From an uncultured virus (IMG/VR IMGVR_UViG_3300030104_003092) (Duplodnaviria > Heunggongvirae > Uroviricota > Caudoviricetes): 64,000 nt of DNA. Where the stretch lies: IMG/VR virus record IMGVR_UViG_3300030104_003092; one strand, written 5' to 3'. Under the pieces are notes generated by a model. The model ran no database searches and was not told the DNA's origin. It saw only the letters and a program-made list of their open reading frames with translations. Below are positions 38,019 to 48,428 of the stretch, one piece after another. The position numbers and the translations under genes were made by a program. The stretch's first letter is position 1; the number at the start of each line of letters is the position of its first letter.

Positions 38019-38738
38019 TTAACTATCTGCTTTTAGTTCGCTAGCTTGAGCATACTGAACTAAATCAGCTTCTCTAATTGTAACCCCTAAATATTCTAAT
38101 ATTTTTATTACTATCTCCCCATGAACTCTTGATGATATAATGAACTCTCTAGATTTAGTAGGATCATAAACTGGTTTTCCAGCAACAGTTACATAAGACC
38201 ACTTTGGAGGTTGATTCTTGTCATAGTAATAAGAGTAAATACTTACCCTTTCTACATTTTCAGGAAACACGTTTATATCAAAATTACCTCTAGAAGACTC
38301 AGAGCCAATCATTAAGGCTATTGGGTACATCATTGAAGGTGAAACCAAACTACTTCTTAGTATTTGATTTATATCTTTTGCGTCTACTATTTCTACTGGT
38401 ATATTCGATGATATACTCTGGTCATTACCTGAGAGAGTAAAAATACTTTCTATATAGTCAGAGTTAACAGTTGCAGAGCCAGCACTATTTAAATCTACTT
38501 TAGAAACAGATAAAAAACTAGCTATATCTTGTTTTGCTAATTCTGGGGTTAAATTCTCTGCGTATATGCCTTGCGATCTTCTAGTAGGAGATTTTTCTTT
38601 TATTAAAGAAAGTCTTTTATTGTATAACTCTAACTCTGCCTGTTTTGCTAATAGGTTAAATTCAGATGGCGTTATAAATCCTCTCTGCTCTTTATTTGCA
38701 AAGGTTTGTACGAGTCTGTATACTTCATCAATCGTCAT
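38019..38738 (-). CDS. Head-tail connector/ring protein
   Basis: IDEVY..V...ANKEQRGFITPSEFNLLAKQAELE; PPKWSY; ILEYLGVTIRE. Confidence 0.75.
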   Translation of the reverse strand: MTIDEVYRLVQTFANKEQRGFITPSEFNLLAKQAELELYNKRLSLIKEKSPTRRSQGIYAENLTPELAKQDIASFLSVSKVDLNSAGSATVNSDYIESIFTLSGNDQSISSNIPVEIVDAKDINQILRSSLVSPSMMYPIALMIGSESSRGNFDINVFPENVERVSIYSYYYDKNQPPKWSYVTVAGKPVYDPTKSREFIISSRVHGEIVIKILEYLGVTIREADLVQYAQASELKADS

Positions 38739-38760
38739 TATTATATGTTTTATTCCCTAG

Positions 38761-38768
38761 CAAAAGTA
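38761..38768 (-). promoter_or_regulatory. -7 promoter element TACTTTTG for the tail operon
   Basis: TAnnTTTG match ~22 nt before the start, just past a terminator. Confidence 0.7.
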
Positions 38769-38787
38769 CGAAATTAATCCGTATAAC

Positions 38788-38818
38788 AAAAAAAAGGGAG
38801 ACCGTTAAGCCCCCCTCC
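38788..38818 (-). terminator. Rho-independent terminator
   Basis: Minus-strand GGAGGGGGGC..GTCTCCCTTT hairpin with T-run. Confidence 0.7.
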
Positions 38819-38839
38819 TATATATATTACATTAACTCA

Positions 38840-39718
38840 TTATCCATTAAGAGCTTGTAATCTACGTTCTATCTCAGCATATATCTGCTCTCCCTCACCC
38901 TCAGAACAATAGTCTACCATTCTTTCAATAGGTTTAACACCGATAGCAGGGACACATATAGTGTTACCTGAACCTACCCATGTGATAGCTTTTTTATCCA
39001 TTTTTATAACTCCTGACTCTTGAGCCATAAGCAATAACTGCTTCATCTCTGTACGAGGATCATTCATACCTGCCAAGAAAGCTTTAGGACTCTTCTCTGC
39101 CTGAACTTTCATATCCCAACGAATCTCATCAACACTCTTATCAGTTTTTACACCTAATACCTTAGCGTACCCTATAAGCTCATTTAAAGGCATTTTAAGA
39201 GCAGATTGTACAGCGTCCATAACATCAGCTACCTGAGCTATTTTATCTTGTGCAGACTTCTCTTCGTCTTGCTGTTTAAATAAAATGCTTTTAGATTTTA
39301 TTCTGTGTGGATTACTACCGTTAGCGTTGCAAGTATCTAGGTATTTTTTAAGGGTAGGGTTAGTGTGATCTACAAAAAGAAAGCCATTATTAAAAGATAT
39401 AGGCTCTCTCATTCTAACAGATTCTGGTTGTTCATCTGCAAATATAGATGTCTCACCAGGAACGTATCTAATTTTTCTGTTTTCTCCTTTTTCAGGATCA
39501 AATATAATATCCTCAGCCTTTAATAAAGAAACAACAGGGTACTGTGGTTGCCCATTTCTTTTTTTAGCCTTTGAAATCATTAGATAAACAGAAGCCTTAT
39601 ATTCTTGTTTCTTATTAGTAAATTGAGGGGTAAATTTTTTCTCTACTATGGGAGCTTTAGCTACAACCTTTGTAGACGTAGGAGGCGTTACAGCCTTACG
39701 TGTTTTTGTTGGTGTCAT
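38840..39718 (-). CDS. Conserved capsid-cluster hypothetical protein
   Basis: RKIRYVPGETSIFADEQ..PISF.NG.L motif; lies downstream of the capsid gene. Confidence 0.7.
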   Translation of the reverse strand: MTPTKTRKAVTPPTSTKVVAKAPIVEKKFTPQFTNKKQEYKASVYLMISKAKKRNGQPQYPVVSLLKAEDIIFDPEKGENRKIRYVPGETSIFADEQPESVRMREPISFNNGFLFVDHTNPTLKKYLDTCNANGSNPHRIKSKSILFKQQDEEKSAQDKIAQVADVMDAVQSALKMPLNELIGYAKVLGVKTDKSVDEIRWDMKVQAEKSPKAFLAGMNDPRTEMKQLLLMAQESGVIKMDKKAITWVGSGNTICVPAIGVKPIERMVDYCSEGEGEQIYAEIERRLQALNG

Positions 39719-39751
39719 AATAATTATTTTCTAAAATTAACTTAAAGTTTA

Positions 39752-39777
39752 TAAAAGGAGGGGATTGCTCCCCTCCA
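39752..39777 (-). terminator. Probable terminator after capsid genes
   Basis: GGAGGGGA-TTGC-TCCCCTCC perfect hairpin with short T-run on the minus strand. Confidence 0.7.
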
Positions 39778-39804
39778 ATAAATATAATTAACTATTTCTA
39801 GTTA

Positions 39805-40182
39805 TTAGCTAGCATCAATTACATCAATACTAACGCATGCTGTAATGTGTGTACTGCAAAATAATGAATTTTCACTATCCGCAATGTTCACAAATGAATT
39901 ACTTCCAGCAATTGAAGGCTCTGCTATAACTTTAGCTAGATCTTGACAGGCTTCTTTGTGCTTACCAGTAGCAACTGTCAAAACAATAACCGTATGATTT
40001 ACAGAAATGTCTGCGTCACCAGTATTAGTTTCTTGACCAACTGATTCATCAAAGTAAACTCTCATCTGTGTAGATGTTGCCATCTCAAAGTGAGACACCT
40101 TACTAACAGGGAACATAGCTACTTGTTCGTCTGCTGCAGTATCATTAGGTGTGTTACTTGCAAAATATAAATATCTCTCCAT
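39805..40182 (-). CDS. Hypothetical protein, possible capsid decoration
   Basis: Immediately downstream of the capsid gene and before the terminator. Confidence 0.6.
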   Translation of the reverse strand: MERYLYFASNTPNDTAADEQVAMFPVSKVSHFEMATSTQMRVYFDESVGQETNTGDADISVNHTVIVLTVATGKHKEACQDLAKVIAEPSIAGSNSFVNIADSENSLFCSTHITACVSIDVIDAS

Positions 40183-40210
40183 TTTCTTATGTTTTTTTAT
40201 ATATTAATAA

Positions 40211-41635
40211 TTATGATTTTTTGAACAATAAGAAACGGTTAGGAGCAAATCCTTCAAAACCACGTTCAGTACGGTAGTTACATCGTAACTCATCAACACC
40301 AGAAGTTTTGTTTTGTAGAATAGCACCACCAGTTAACCAGTGCTCCATCTCACGAGAGTATCCGTTAGCTGCTTTATATCGCATTCTTAACGAAGGAATC
40401 TTCTCACCAGATTTAGCATCACGTTGTGAATCCATAGGAATACACATTCCGTAACCATTGTAATTAAATCCAGCAGCACCTAACAAGTCAGGACGGTTAA
40501 ATAGGTCGTAAGTTTTCTTGTGGAAAGTATAACCACCACGAGAGAACGAGTTGAAACCTAAGTTTAACGCCATGTCTTTGTTATTTGCAAAAGTACCATA
40601 GTTAGCACCACCTGCAGCATAAGCTCCTTGTGCAGCTAATAGGTCATCAATATCTAAAGATAAGTTAATACCAGCGTAAAGAGCCATCTCTTTTGCACCT
40701 CTATACTTATCTAAAGATTTAATAGCAGCATCAAAGTCAGCCATTGTAATCGCTGAAGAACCAAGATCCATAAGTTGACCTCTTGTTTCTATAAACTGTA
40801 AAAGACCTTCTGTAGTAGATAATTTATTACCAGTACTATCATCTGCAGTACCATCGAACAAAGTGCCATCTTCTTTTTGACCTACGATCATTGCAAGCTC
40901 AGAGTAATCTAAGAATCGTTGGTGAGTGTCAGCCTCACCTTGCAAGTACCACAAGTAACCAGTCCCATGCTCAGGAGAGTTTACTTTTACATAAATAGCG
41001 TTAGTTGCTTCAGAACCTGAAACTACAAACGACTCTTTAATGATTTGACACTTGTTAGAGTAGTGGTGAACACGAGGTACAAGACCTTCTGGTTGATCAG
41101 TTTGTTCTCCAAAAGCATTACCTACAATAGAGAAAGCTGTATCAGCACCATTTGCCGCTAAAGCACCGTCAGAAACTGTTTTTAACGTTGCATTTACATC
41201 TGTTTCAGAAGCTTTAGGCTCAGATACATAATACATAACTCCAGAACCACCTAATAAAAGGTCTCCCTCTCTTAAAGCGTTGAAGTTATTTACAAGACCA
41301 TCTGCTTGTATTGTACAAACACCAGAACCACCTGTAATAGAACCTGTAAAGGTATTGTGAAGGAATGTTTCTTCATAGTGTTCAAAAGTTTGAGCTGTAG
41401 TTTCTTTTTTAGAACCCATCAACTCCATAAGTCCAGTAATCCCTTGATTACCGTATCGTTTAATCAACTGCTCGTCTACATCACGTTTGTGAAAAGAACC
41501 AGCAGTGTTATCTCCTGAAGCAATTAAATCTGCAGAAGATACATAATTAGATGTCATTGCTCTAGCAACGTTAGAAGGCTTTGCCTGTAACGCTACTGTT
41601 GAGCCAGATCCATCTGCTATACTTACTGTAGCCAT
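40211..41635 (-). CDS. Major capsid protein
   Basis: 474 aa after portal and scaffold; TTEGLLQFIE.RG, LNLGFNSF.RGGYTFHK, YRTERG motifs. Confidence 0.88.
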   Translation of the reverse strand: MATVSIADGSGSTVALQAKPSNVARAMTSNYVSSADLIASGDNTAGSFHKRDVDEQLIKRYGNQGITGLMELMGSKKETTAQTFEHYEETFLHNTFTGSITGGSGVCTIQADGLVNNFNALREGDLLLGGSGVMYYVSEPKASETDVNATLKTVSDGALAANGADTAFSIVGNAFGEQTDQPEGLVPRVHHYSNKCQIIKESFVVSGSEATNAIYVKVNSPEHGTGYLWYLQGEADTHQRFLDYSELAMIVGQKEDGTLFDGTADDSTGNKLSTTEGLLQFIETRGQLMDLGSSAITMADFDAAIKSLDKYRGAKEMALYAGINLSLDIDDLLAAQGAYAAGGANYGTFANNKDMALNLGFNSFSRGGYTFHKKTYDLFNRPDLLGAAGFNYNGYGMCIPMDSQRDAKSGEKIPSLRMRYKAANGYSREMEHWLTGGAILQNKTSGVDELRCNYRTERGFEGFAPNRFLLFKKS

Positions 41636-41674
41636 TTTTTTATATTTTTAAATAAATAATAATTAATTTTCGTT

Positions 41675-42748
41675 TTAACCTAAAATTTGTTTTCTCAACA
41701 TATCAAGAGTTGACTCTTTTCTCTGAGGTGCATCTTGTTTATCTTGTGTAAACGAAGGGTTCTTAATCTCATTAATTACGCTTTCTGTTCCTTTGCTTCT
41801 GTACTGATTAGCAACACCTCTAACAATCTTATCCATATTGTTTAAGATATACATATCAGTATTAAGAGCATCAAAGTCCCAGTTACCACTTTCATCGACA
41901 TACTTATCAAAGAAGTTTTCTAGGTCAGAGTTATAATTTTTAATCTCGTTACGAGCTTCGTCATCAAGATTGTAAACATACTCCTCACCTTGGTCATTCA
42001 TCTCAAATGATAAACCTTCAAGGTCATTAACCTCAGATTCCATTTGACCTAACCACTCACTTCTTTCTTCTTCAGATACACCAGTATCAAAAGATTCATC
42101 AGGTAGAGCATACTCCTCTTTTACCTGATTAAAGTAGTCTCTAGCTTCTCTAGCGTCCTTCATGAGTTGAACCTTACCAGCGTTGGTTTCCCTATCACTA
42201 TAAGCCTCTTTGTCTGTTTTGTATGTTGTCGCCATGTAATCACTTAACTCTGCATCAGTTAAGTTTGGGTTATCTAATCGTAGATACTCCTTCATTAAAG
42301 CGTCATCAGACACGTTGCTTAAATCAACCGTTTGAGTGTTAAAGTAATCTTGAACTGTACGACCAGTGTTTTTAACGTACTCATTAATAACTTGAAGCTG
42401 CTCGCTAGCAAAGTCATTGCTTTCTGTTTGTTCACCCGTTGTGCCAAAATCATCAAATGATGATATGTCTCGCCCAAGCTTTTCGCTAAGGTATTGTAAG
42501 ACAATTTCGTCATCACTGATTTCTTCACCCTCTTCAGATTGACTATCGTAGTTTTCATCAACGTTAGTTTCCTCAGTATTTAAAGAACTCTCACCTGTTA
42601 AGTCTATAACGTTGGACTGCTCCTCTGTTATAGATTGAGACTCATCTGGTTGGTTTTCATCACCAGTTAAGTCTACAATATTTTGTTGGTTTTGTGGTTG
42701 TTGAACCTCTCCACCTAATTTTTTTACTAACTCTTCTCTTATATCCAT
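41675..42748 (-). CDS. Probable capsid scaffolding protein
   Basis: Very acidic and helical; between portal and capsid; TATATTTG motif upstream at 42777-42784. Confidence 0.7.
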   Translation of the reverse strand: MDIREELVKKLGGEVQQPQNQQNIVDLTGDENQPDESQSITEEQSNVIDLTGESSLNTEETNVDENYDSQSEEGEEISDDEIVLQYLSEKLGRDISSFDDFGTTGEQTESNDFASEQLQVINEYVKNTGRTVQDYFNTQTVDLSNVSDDALMKEYLRLDNPNLTDAELSDYMATTYKTDKEAYSDRETNAGKVQLMKDAREARDYFNQVKEEYALPDESFDTGVSEEERSEWLGQMESEVNDLEGLSFEMNDQGEEYVYNLDDEARNEIKNYNSDLENFFDKYVDESGNWDFDALNTDMYILNNMDKIVRGVANQYRSKGTESVINEIKNPSFTQDKQDAPQRKESTLDMLRKQILG

Positions 42749-42807
42749 TGTCTTAAATTTAACTTAGTTATTTTCGCAAATATAAACTATTTTGTATTAA
42801 TGTCAAA

Positions 42808-45207
42808 TTATTGAGGTACATTTTGCTCATTACCTAAAGGACCTCTTTTACCTTGTCTTTGTTCAATCATCTGAGATTGATTTATAGCAGACTGTTGTTG
42901 AACCTCTTTTCTTACACCACCCTGAACAGATGCAGCACCTTCTTTACCAAGGTTACTAAGCTCTATTTCTCTTAACCTTCTTTGATGTTGAGCTTGTTCA
43001 AATTGTTCTTTTAATTGATACTCAGCTTGCTTTAATTGTATTTCAGCCTGAGTTTTAGCTTGTATTCTAGCTTGCTCTACTTGAACTTCAGCCTGCATCT
43101 CTTGTTGCTTAAGTTGTGCAGCTTGTTGAGCTGACTGCTGTTGTAGTTGAGCATTTTGCTCTGCTGCTTGTTGTGCTATAGATTTTTGTTCCTCTTGATA
43201 TTTTTTTCTTCTTAAGATTAGCATTTGATTAGCCATCTTAATATTCTTAATAGTACGAATCATAATAGCATCTTCTATTCTAAGTTCTTTTTGTGCTAAA
43301 GAAACTTGAATGTTTTGCTCCATCATCTGTTTTTCTTCCTCGCTAGGAGACACATCTAATGTTATACCAAACTCATGTATAGAAAGTTTTTTCATCATAT
43401 CTATACTTTCCATAGATGACTCACCAATAACGTTTGTATACATCTTATGTAAACTTTTAAAGTTTACTAGGTCTTGCATACGAATTGTTATACTCTGTGA
43501 AAGTCTTTTTGTAACATTAAGATAAGCATCGTTTATATCTCTAGTAGCGTTATTAGAAGCTAATAAAGATAACTTCTGTACCCCAACCAAAGCCTCGCTA
43601 GATGGTTTAGATGCATCTCTAGCTTCATTAACACCAGTCACATCTCTAATCATCTGCATATTATGATTATAAACACCTATAAGTGTTCCAAAATCTCTAC
43701 CTATACCATTTTCTAATTCTTGTATAGGCATAGCTCCAGTCATTTGACCTTCGTCATCTATACGTCTGTAGTATATATTACCAGTCTGATCATATATTTC
43801 TTGTAACTCTAAAGGTGTGAATGTACCACCATCACCTTTTGATACGTTCTCTAAAGATCCTATTTCAAAAGCAGCACCTTTAGGTCTAGCCTTTGCAAGA
43901 ACATGTTGTATCTTAAGGTGAGCTAATTGTATCTGATCAGCAAAAGGAATCATTCTATCTACTAAAGAACGACTCTTCATTTTGTATAAGTTTGGTTGAT
44001 AAATTATATACGAAAGCCTAGTTTCAGATAAATTAGATTTAGGTCTAGGCATATCTTTCATCATACCATAATTAAATACATAATCTGTACCTATAATATA
44101 TTTGCCTTTGTATACTACTTTTACAGTTTGACCTATATTTTCCCTTTTAGTTTTAGAGTTTTTAGGAGCCTTATAGTTAGATGGTTTTTTATTTACAGAG
44201 TAACCGCCAAACTTATTTTCTTTCTTCTCGTATTTTAAAGAGTGGCTAGTAATAAACTCAGCATCTAATACGTTAACACTAAACTTATCATAATCGTAAG
44301 TTTCGTTACCATTTTCATAATAAGCCTGAGTACCATAGTTAGATGGGTTATTGTTTTTACCAGCATATTCACTAGCTATCTTAATGTAATCATCTTCGCT
44401 AAACTCATCACCAGCCTGCATTTTTAAATCAGCAATAGTCATAGAGTGAATCTCACCTGCGTGACGTATATTTTTAAAGTCTGGTTTAGAAGAGAAAGAT
44501 GTAATAAGATTTGCAGGATCAACGTGTCTTATTTTTACACCTTCTGTTTGAGATATTTCTGTTTTAGCTGCACATAAACCTAATACTACTAGGTCACGAA
44601 TCATGTATCTTTTAACCTCATCATAATCATTTGCATCAAGAGTGTATTCTATAGCTTTTTCTAAAGCTATCTCTACATTTTGTTTATAGTTAAGAGCCAT
44701 AAACATTTCAATCTCTTCTGTATTCTCTGCAACAAAACCTTTCTTAGAAAAAGATAAACCAGATTCATCCTCTACTTGTTCATAAAAATCTTTATTAATC
44801 ATGTCTGCAAACATCATCTTTTTCTTTTCTAACCTTTCTTTTGCAGCTATAGGATCTATAGATTTAGCTTTTACATCATATTCTTGGTTTACCATACCAT
44901 TCACAATGACATCTACAAACTTAGGAACTACAGATACAGGAGTAAAATCTATGTTAAGGTAAGAGGTGTCACCCTGAACATCAAGTAAGTCTTTGTATTT
45001 ACCTATATCTTGATTACCTTCAGCGTAAGACCTGTTACGATTATATCGCATTTTACGATCTCTAAAGTACACATCACCATTGTTATGCCACTCGTAATAC
45101 ATGGTCTTAAAGTATTCAAGACCATAAGCCTTATCAGCTTTTTCTTCGTTAGTAGCTAAAGGTGACGGATAACCATTTAACTTTTGTTTATTATTACCGT
45201 AGTTCAT
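42808..45207 (-). CDS. Portal protein
   Basis: 799 aa after terminase; PVSVVPKFVDVIVNG, IRDVTGVNEARD, Q-rich C-terminal coiled coil. Confidence 0.9.
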   Translation of the reverse strand: MNYGNNKQKLNGYPSPLATNEEKADKAYGLEYFKTMYYEWHNNGDVYFRDRKMRYNRNRSYAEGNQDIGKYKDLLDVQGDTSYLNIDFTPVSVVPKFVDVIVNGMVNQEYDVKAKSIDPIAAKERLEKKKMMFADMINKDFYEQVEDESGLSFSKKGFVAENTEEIEMFMALNYKQNVEIALEKAIEYTLDANDYDEVKRYMIRDLVVLGLCAAKTEISQTEGVKIRHVDPANLITSFSSKPDFKNIRHAGEIHSMTIADLKMQAGDEFSEDDYIKIASEYAGKNNNPSNYGTQAYYENGNETYDYDKFSVNVLDAEFITSHSLKYEKKENKFGGYSVNKKPSNYKAPKNSKTKRENIGQTVKVVYKGKYIIGTDYVFNYGMMKDMPRPKSNLSETRLSYIIYQPNLYKMKSRSLVDRMIPFADQIQLAHLKIQHVLAKARPKGAAFEIGSLENVSKGDGGTFTPLELQEIYDQTGNIYYRRIDDEGQMTGAMPIQELENGIGRDFGTLIGVYNHNMQMIRDVTGVNEARDASKPSSEALVGVQKLSLLASNNATRDINDAYLNVTKRLSQSITIRMQDLVNFKSLHKMYTNVIGESSMESIDMMKKLSIHEFGITLDVSPSEEEKQMMEQNIQVSLAQKELRIEDAIMIRTIKNIKMANQMLILRRKKYQEEQKSIAQQAAEQNAQLQQQSAQQAAQLKQQEMQAEVQVEQARIQAKTQAEIQLKQAEYQLKEQFEQAQHQRRLREIELSNLGKEGAASVQGGVRKEVQQQSAINQSQMIEQRQGKRGPLGNEQNVPQ

Positions 45208-47297
45208 GCTCTTATTCTTTTACTGTACATACCTTTATTGTTGTATTTTTTAACAAAAGGTGATGAAGCTTTTATTTCTTTTTTAGGTTTAATATATTTC
45301 TGTGACGCTAATAAAGCCAGTGATGACGATATACTAGCATCGTATTTTGTTCTATTATCTATCTCGAACCTACTCCAATCATCAAGAAGTGTGTTAAAGT
45401 AACATCTACCAATCTCTCCTGTACTAGCATTATAACCAACGTGGTCATATATATAAGTTGCTATAGCCTCTGCTTGAGCATTAATTACTGCAGCACCTGA
45501 TCCAGGTATACCCTTTGTCTTTTGCTTTCCTCTACTCCATTCTGTATGAGTCATATCTGGTCTATCCATTAAGTATTCATAGTATCCTCTGTTTTCAAAA
45601 TACTTTAATATTCCTACTTTATTATTCTCTACCAATATTTGACAACCATAGAATACACACATCTTAATCATGTCTTCGTAAAATATCTCCGCTTTAGGAG
45701 GTCTATTAATATACTCACACACAAACTGCATAGACGCATCGCTTGCCATACTAAACTTATGGAATACATGAGCAGCAGCATCAGACCTTCTACCATCCGT
45801 AGTGGTATCATGATCATAAGGGTCACATCCTGCAACCAAAGCATCTGATCTACCAGGGAACTTCTTGTTATACCTAGATGTAATAACATTTTGGTTTTGA
45901 ACTTCTGGAACCCAAGTAATTTCCCATTTACCCTTTCTGTGAGGTATCCAAATAACCTCGCTATCTTGTACGCCATTCTTCCAAACAAACTCACCTTTTG
46001 TTGTAGGGCTATTATTAACCTCGTTGTAATCCATCTGTTGATAGATTCTTTCGACATCAAATATACAACTTTGTGTGTCATTTCTAAATGCCTCTTCTAC
46101 AGTAAATGGAAACTGTCTTTTAAATTCAGATAACGCTGTGGTATCATCCTTTAAGGCCTCCCTTCTATTCTGTATGTAATCTCTAGCTCCAGTGTCAATA
46201 CCCATCTCGTCAATCCCCATTACTGGGTCTTTTGGAGTGTCTATAACGCTATACCCATACTCGTCTATAAATCCTTCTAGGTTGTCAAAAGCAGGTATAA
46301 ATAATTTATACAAACCACTCTTTGTTCTACCGTTAAGATCTTTCTCTCCCATATCAGAATCGTAGAATATATCTTTAAACTCTGCACCACCATCCTGTTG
46401 TTTATTAGCAGTGGAGCCCATCATGCATTTACCAACTACTTTTCTACCAAGGAGTAAACAGGTTTGAGTTACACCCCAGTTTTTCTTTATAGAGTTTTGA
46501 CCCGTCCACTTACCTGCTTCATCATGCACTAAAAGCTTAAGCTTCATACCGTCATAACTATTATCAGCAGTATTCTTCCAATCTATAATAGAGTTTAAAG
46601 CTTCAGACTTCTCTATATGCTTTTGATTTTTAGTAATCTTTTTAGCAGGCTCCCTAAAAGCAAGCTCTACACGAGGATTACTAGAACCATCTTGTATAGG
46701 TTGAAAAAAGAACGGGTAGTTCCTGTATATACGAACTACCTTGTCAGTAAACATTGTCTTAGCATCAGCACCTGTTTTAGATAATAAACCAAAGTTGCTG
46801 TCATACATTTGTGTAGCTTGATTTACTATCTCACTACTTGCCATGTATGAAAAACCACTACGTCTGTTTTTAAGAAAACACATACCGTAAGAGTTCTTGT
46901 CGTTTTTACACGCTTCCCAAAAAATAAAGAACGTCCTATTAGCATCCCTGTAATCAGGATAACCAACATCTATTTTACTCCACTGAAGAAACATATAATG
47001 AGACCCAGTGATATAAGTTGGAACACCATTGTTATAAAACCACAAACCATCTCTCCTTCTTCTAAACTCCTCATCTATGTAATCTACATAGTCTGTAGCA
47101 TTTTCCCTTGTTAGTCCCTTTGGTATATCTTGCCTAACCCACTTTTGTTTTTTCTTAGGCAAGTTATAATACAGTATATCTTTTTTATATCTAGGCTTTT
47201 TAGGTATAACTATATTTAAGTTATCAAACTCTAATACGTCACCCTCACTACCTTCTATTAAATATACTTTATCATTTTTTTGCATACCTTTCAGCAA
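45204..47297 (-). CDS. terL: Terminase large subunit
   Basis: Walker A KNRRSGFS, Walker B LLVHDEAGKW, GST, nuclease GCDPYD, ENNK. Confidence 0.93.
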   Translation of the reverse strand: MLKGMQKNDKVYLIEGSEGDVLEFDNLNIVIPKKPRYKKDILYYNLPKKKQKWVRQDIPKGLTRENATDYVDYIDEEFRRRRDGLWFYNNGVPTYITGSHYMFLQWSKIDVGYPDYRDANRTFFIFWEACKNDKNSYGMCFLKNRRSGFSYMASSEIVNQATQMYDSNFGLLSKTGADAKTMFTDKVVRIYRNYPFFFQPIQDGSSNPRVELAFREPAKKITKNQKHIEKSEALNSIIDWKNTADNSYDGMKLKLLVHDEAGKWTGQNSIKKNWGVTQTCLLLGRKVVGKCMMGSTANKQQDGGAEFKDIFYDSDMGEKDLNGRTKSGLYKLFIPAFDNLEGFIDEYGYSVIDTPKDPVMGIDEMGIDTGARDYIQNRREALKDDTTALSEFKRQFPFTVEEAFRNDTQSCIFDVERIYQQMDYNEVNNSPTTKGEFVWKNGVQDSEVIWIPHRKGKWEITWVPEVQNQNVITSRYNKKFPGRSDALVAGCDPYDHDTTTDGRRSDAAAHVFHKFSMASDASMQFVCEYINRPPKAEIFYEDMIKMCVFYGCQILVENNKVGILKYFENRGYYEYLMDRPDMTHTEWSRGKQKTKGIPGSGAAVINAQAEAIATYIYDHVGYNASTGEIGRCYFNTLLDDWSRFEIDNRTKYDASISSSLALLASQKYIKPKKEIKASSPFVKKYNNKGMYSKRIRA

Positions 47298-47553
47298 AAG
47301 ACCCTTTAAAGTCTTTCTTTTCTTCTATTAAATTTTCACCTTCTTTAATTCTATCTTCAAGATTTTTTATTCCTAAAAGAATTTCTTGACAGTCCTCGAA
47401 GCATTCTCTTTTTGCTTTTATAGCTTGTCTTCTTTTAGCATCATCTTCTTCTATTAAGGGTTTACTAATCTCTTCTATAAGAAGATCTATAGCTCCTTTA
47501 CTTGCCTCTATTAATCTTTCTAGAGTATCAAGTGCATAATTATTATTCTTCAT
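47272..47553 (-). CDS. Helical protein, candidate terminase small subunit
   Basis: Directly upstream of and overlapping terL. Confidence 0.5.
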   Translation of the reverse strand: MKNNNYALDTLERLIEASKGAIDLLIEEISKPLIEEDDAKRRQAIKAKRECFEDCQEILLGIKNLEDRIKEGENLIEEKKDFKGSFAERYAKK

Positions 47554-48106
47554 AGACAGCTAGAATATCAAAGTTTCTCATTCTAAGTAAAGACTCTCCA
47601 TTTATATTCATGTCATACTCAGAGTTCTCACTAAAAAATAATCTATCTCCTTTCTTAACCCCCTGATCTTTCATCCAATCATTTATATATACAGCGTGAC
47701 CATGGAGTTCTACCTCAGAAGCTGAACTTTCTAAAAATATACCAGACTCACTTTTTTCAGCTTCTTTATGTTCTTGTTTTACAAAGTTCCAAATACCTAT
47801 TGGTATCATTTCACCATCTCTTTCAACTAAATATATTTGAGTTGAATTAGCCTGATAGACCTCTTTGTCATCAATATATTTTACTTTATTTGCGTCTGTT
47901 GCAACAAAATGGTGAAACCAAACTTTATCACCTTTTTGTATATCTAAATTATTATGTATAGGTGTTTCATAAACCACTCCAAATTGTCTTGCTAATTTCA
48001 TTGGATCATAAGACGTGTCTCTATACAACTCAATACCATTTAAGTTAATAGTATCTTCAGTTTGCTTTACCACTTCTATCCAGTAAAGGTCTTTAATTGG
48101 CTTCAT
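47543..48106 (-). CDS. Tandem GroES-like co-chaperonin
   Basis: Two repeats: MKPIKD..GIEL..KGDKVWF and MIPIG..SESGIFL..VKKGDRLFF..INGESLLRMRNFDILAV. Confidence 0.8.
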   Translation of the reverse strand: MKPIKDLYWIEVVKQTEDTINLNGIELYRDTSYDPMKLARQFGVVYETPIHNNLDIQKGDKVWFHHFVATDANKVKYIDDKEVYQANSTQIYLVERDGEMIPIGIWNFVKQEHKEAEKSESGIFLESSASEVELHGHAVYINDWMKDQGVKKGDRLFFSENSEYDMNINGESLLRMRNFDILAVYEE

Positions 48107-48123
48107 ATTTATTTATTTTAAAT

Positions 48124-48402
48124 TTACTTAACTTCGTACTCTTCTTCCAGTACTGCAGTGTTATACTCTATAGCTGTAGGTTGAGAGAAAAACCTTTTCC
48201 AAGGTCTTGAGAACTCCTCTACATCTTTCTTTACATACACATCATACACCACCTGTTGATGCTTGTACCACGCTGCCTCATCTTGTATTATGGCTGTGAC
48301 TTCTAGAGAACCTCCAAGCATCTTTTGACCTACCTGATAAGTCAGTCCTTGCTTTAAGTCCCCTATTGTTATTTTTCTTATAATAGGGTTTATTGCTTCC
48401 AT
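48124..48402 (-). CDS. Conserved hypothetical protein
   Basis: IIRKITIG..Y.VGQ..WKRF..AIEYN; packaging-cluster context. Confidence 0.75.
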   Translation of the reverse strand: MEAINPIIRKITIGDLKQGLTYQVGQKMLGGSLEVTAIIQDEAAWYKHQQVVYDVYVKKDVEEFSRPWKRFFSQPTAIEYNTAVLEEEYEVK

Positions 48403-48428
48403 ATTTATTTAATTTAAATTTAATTATA

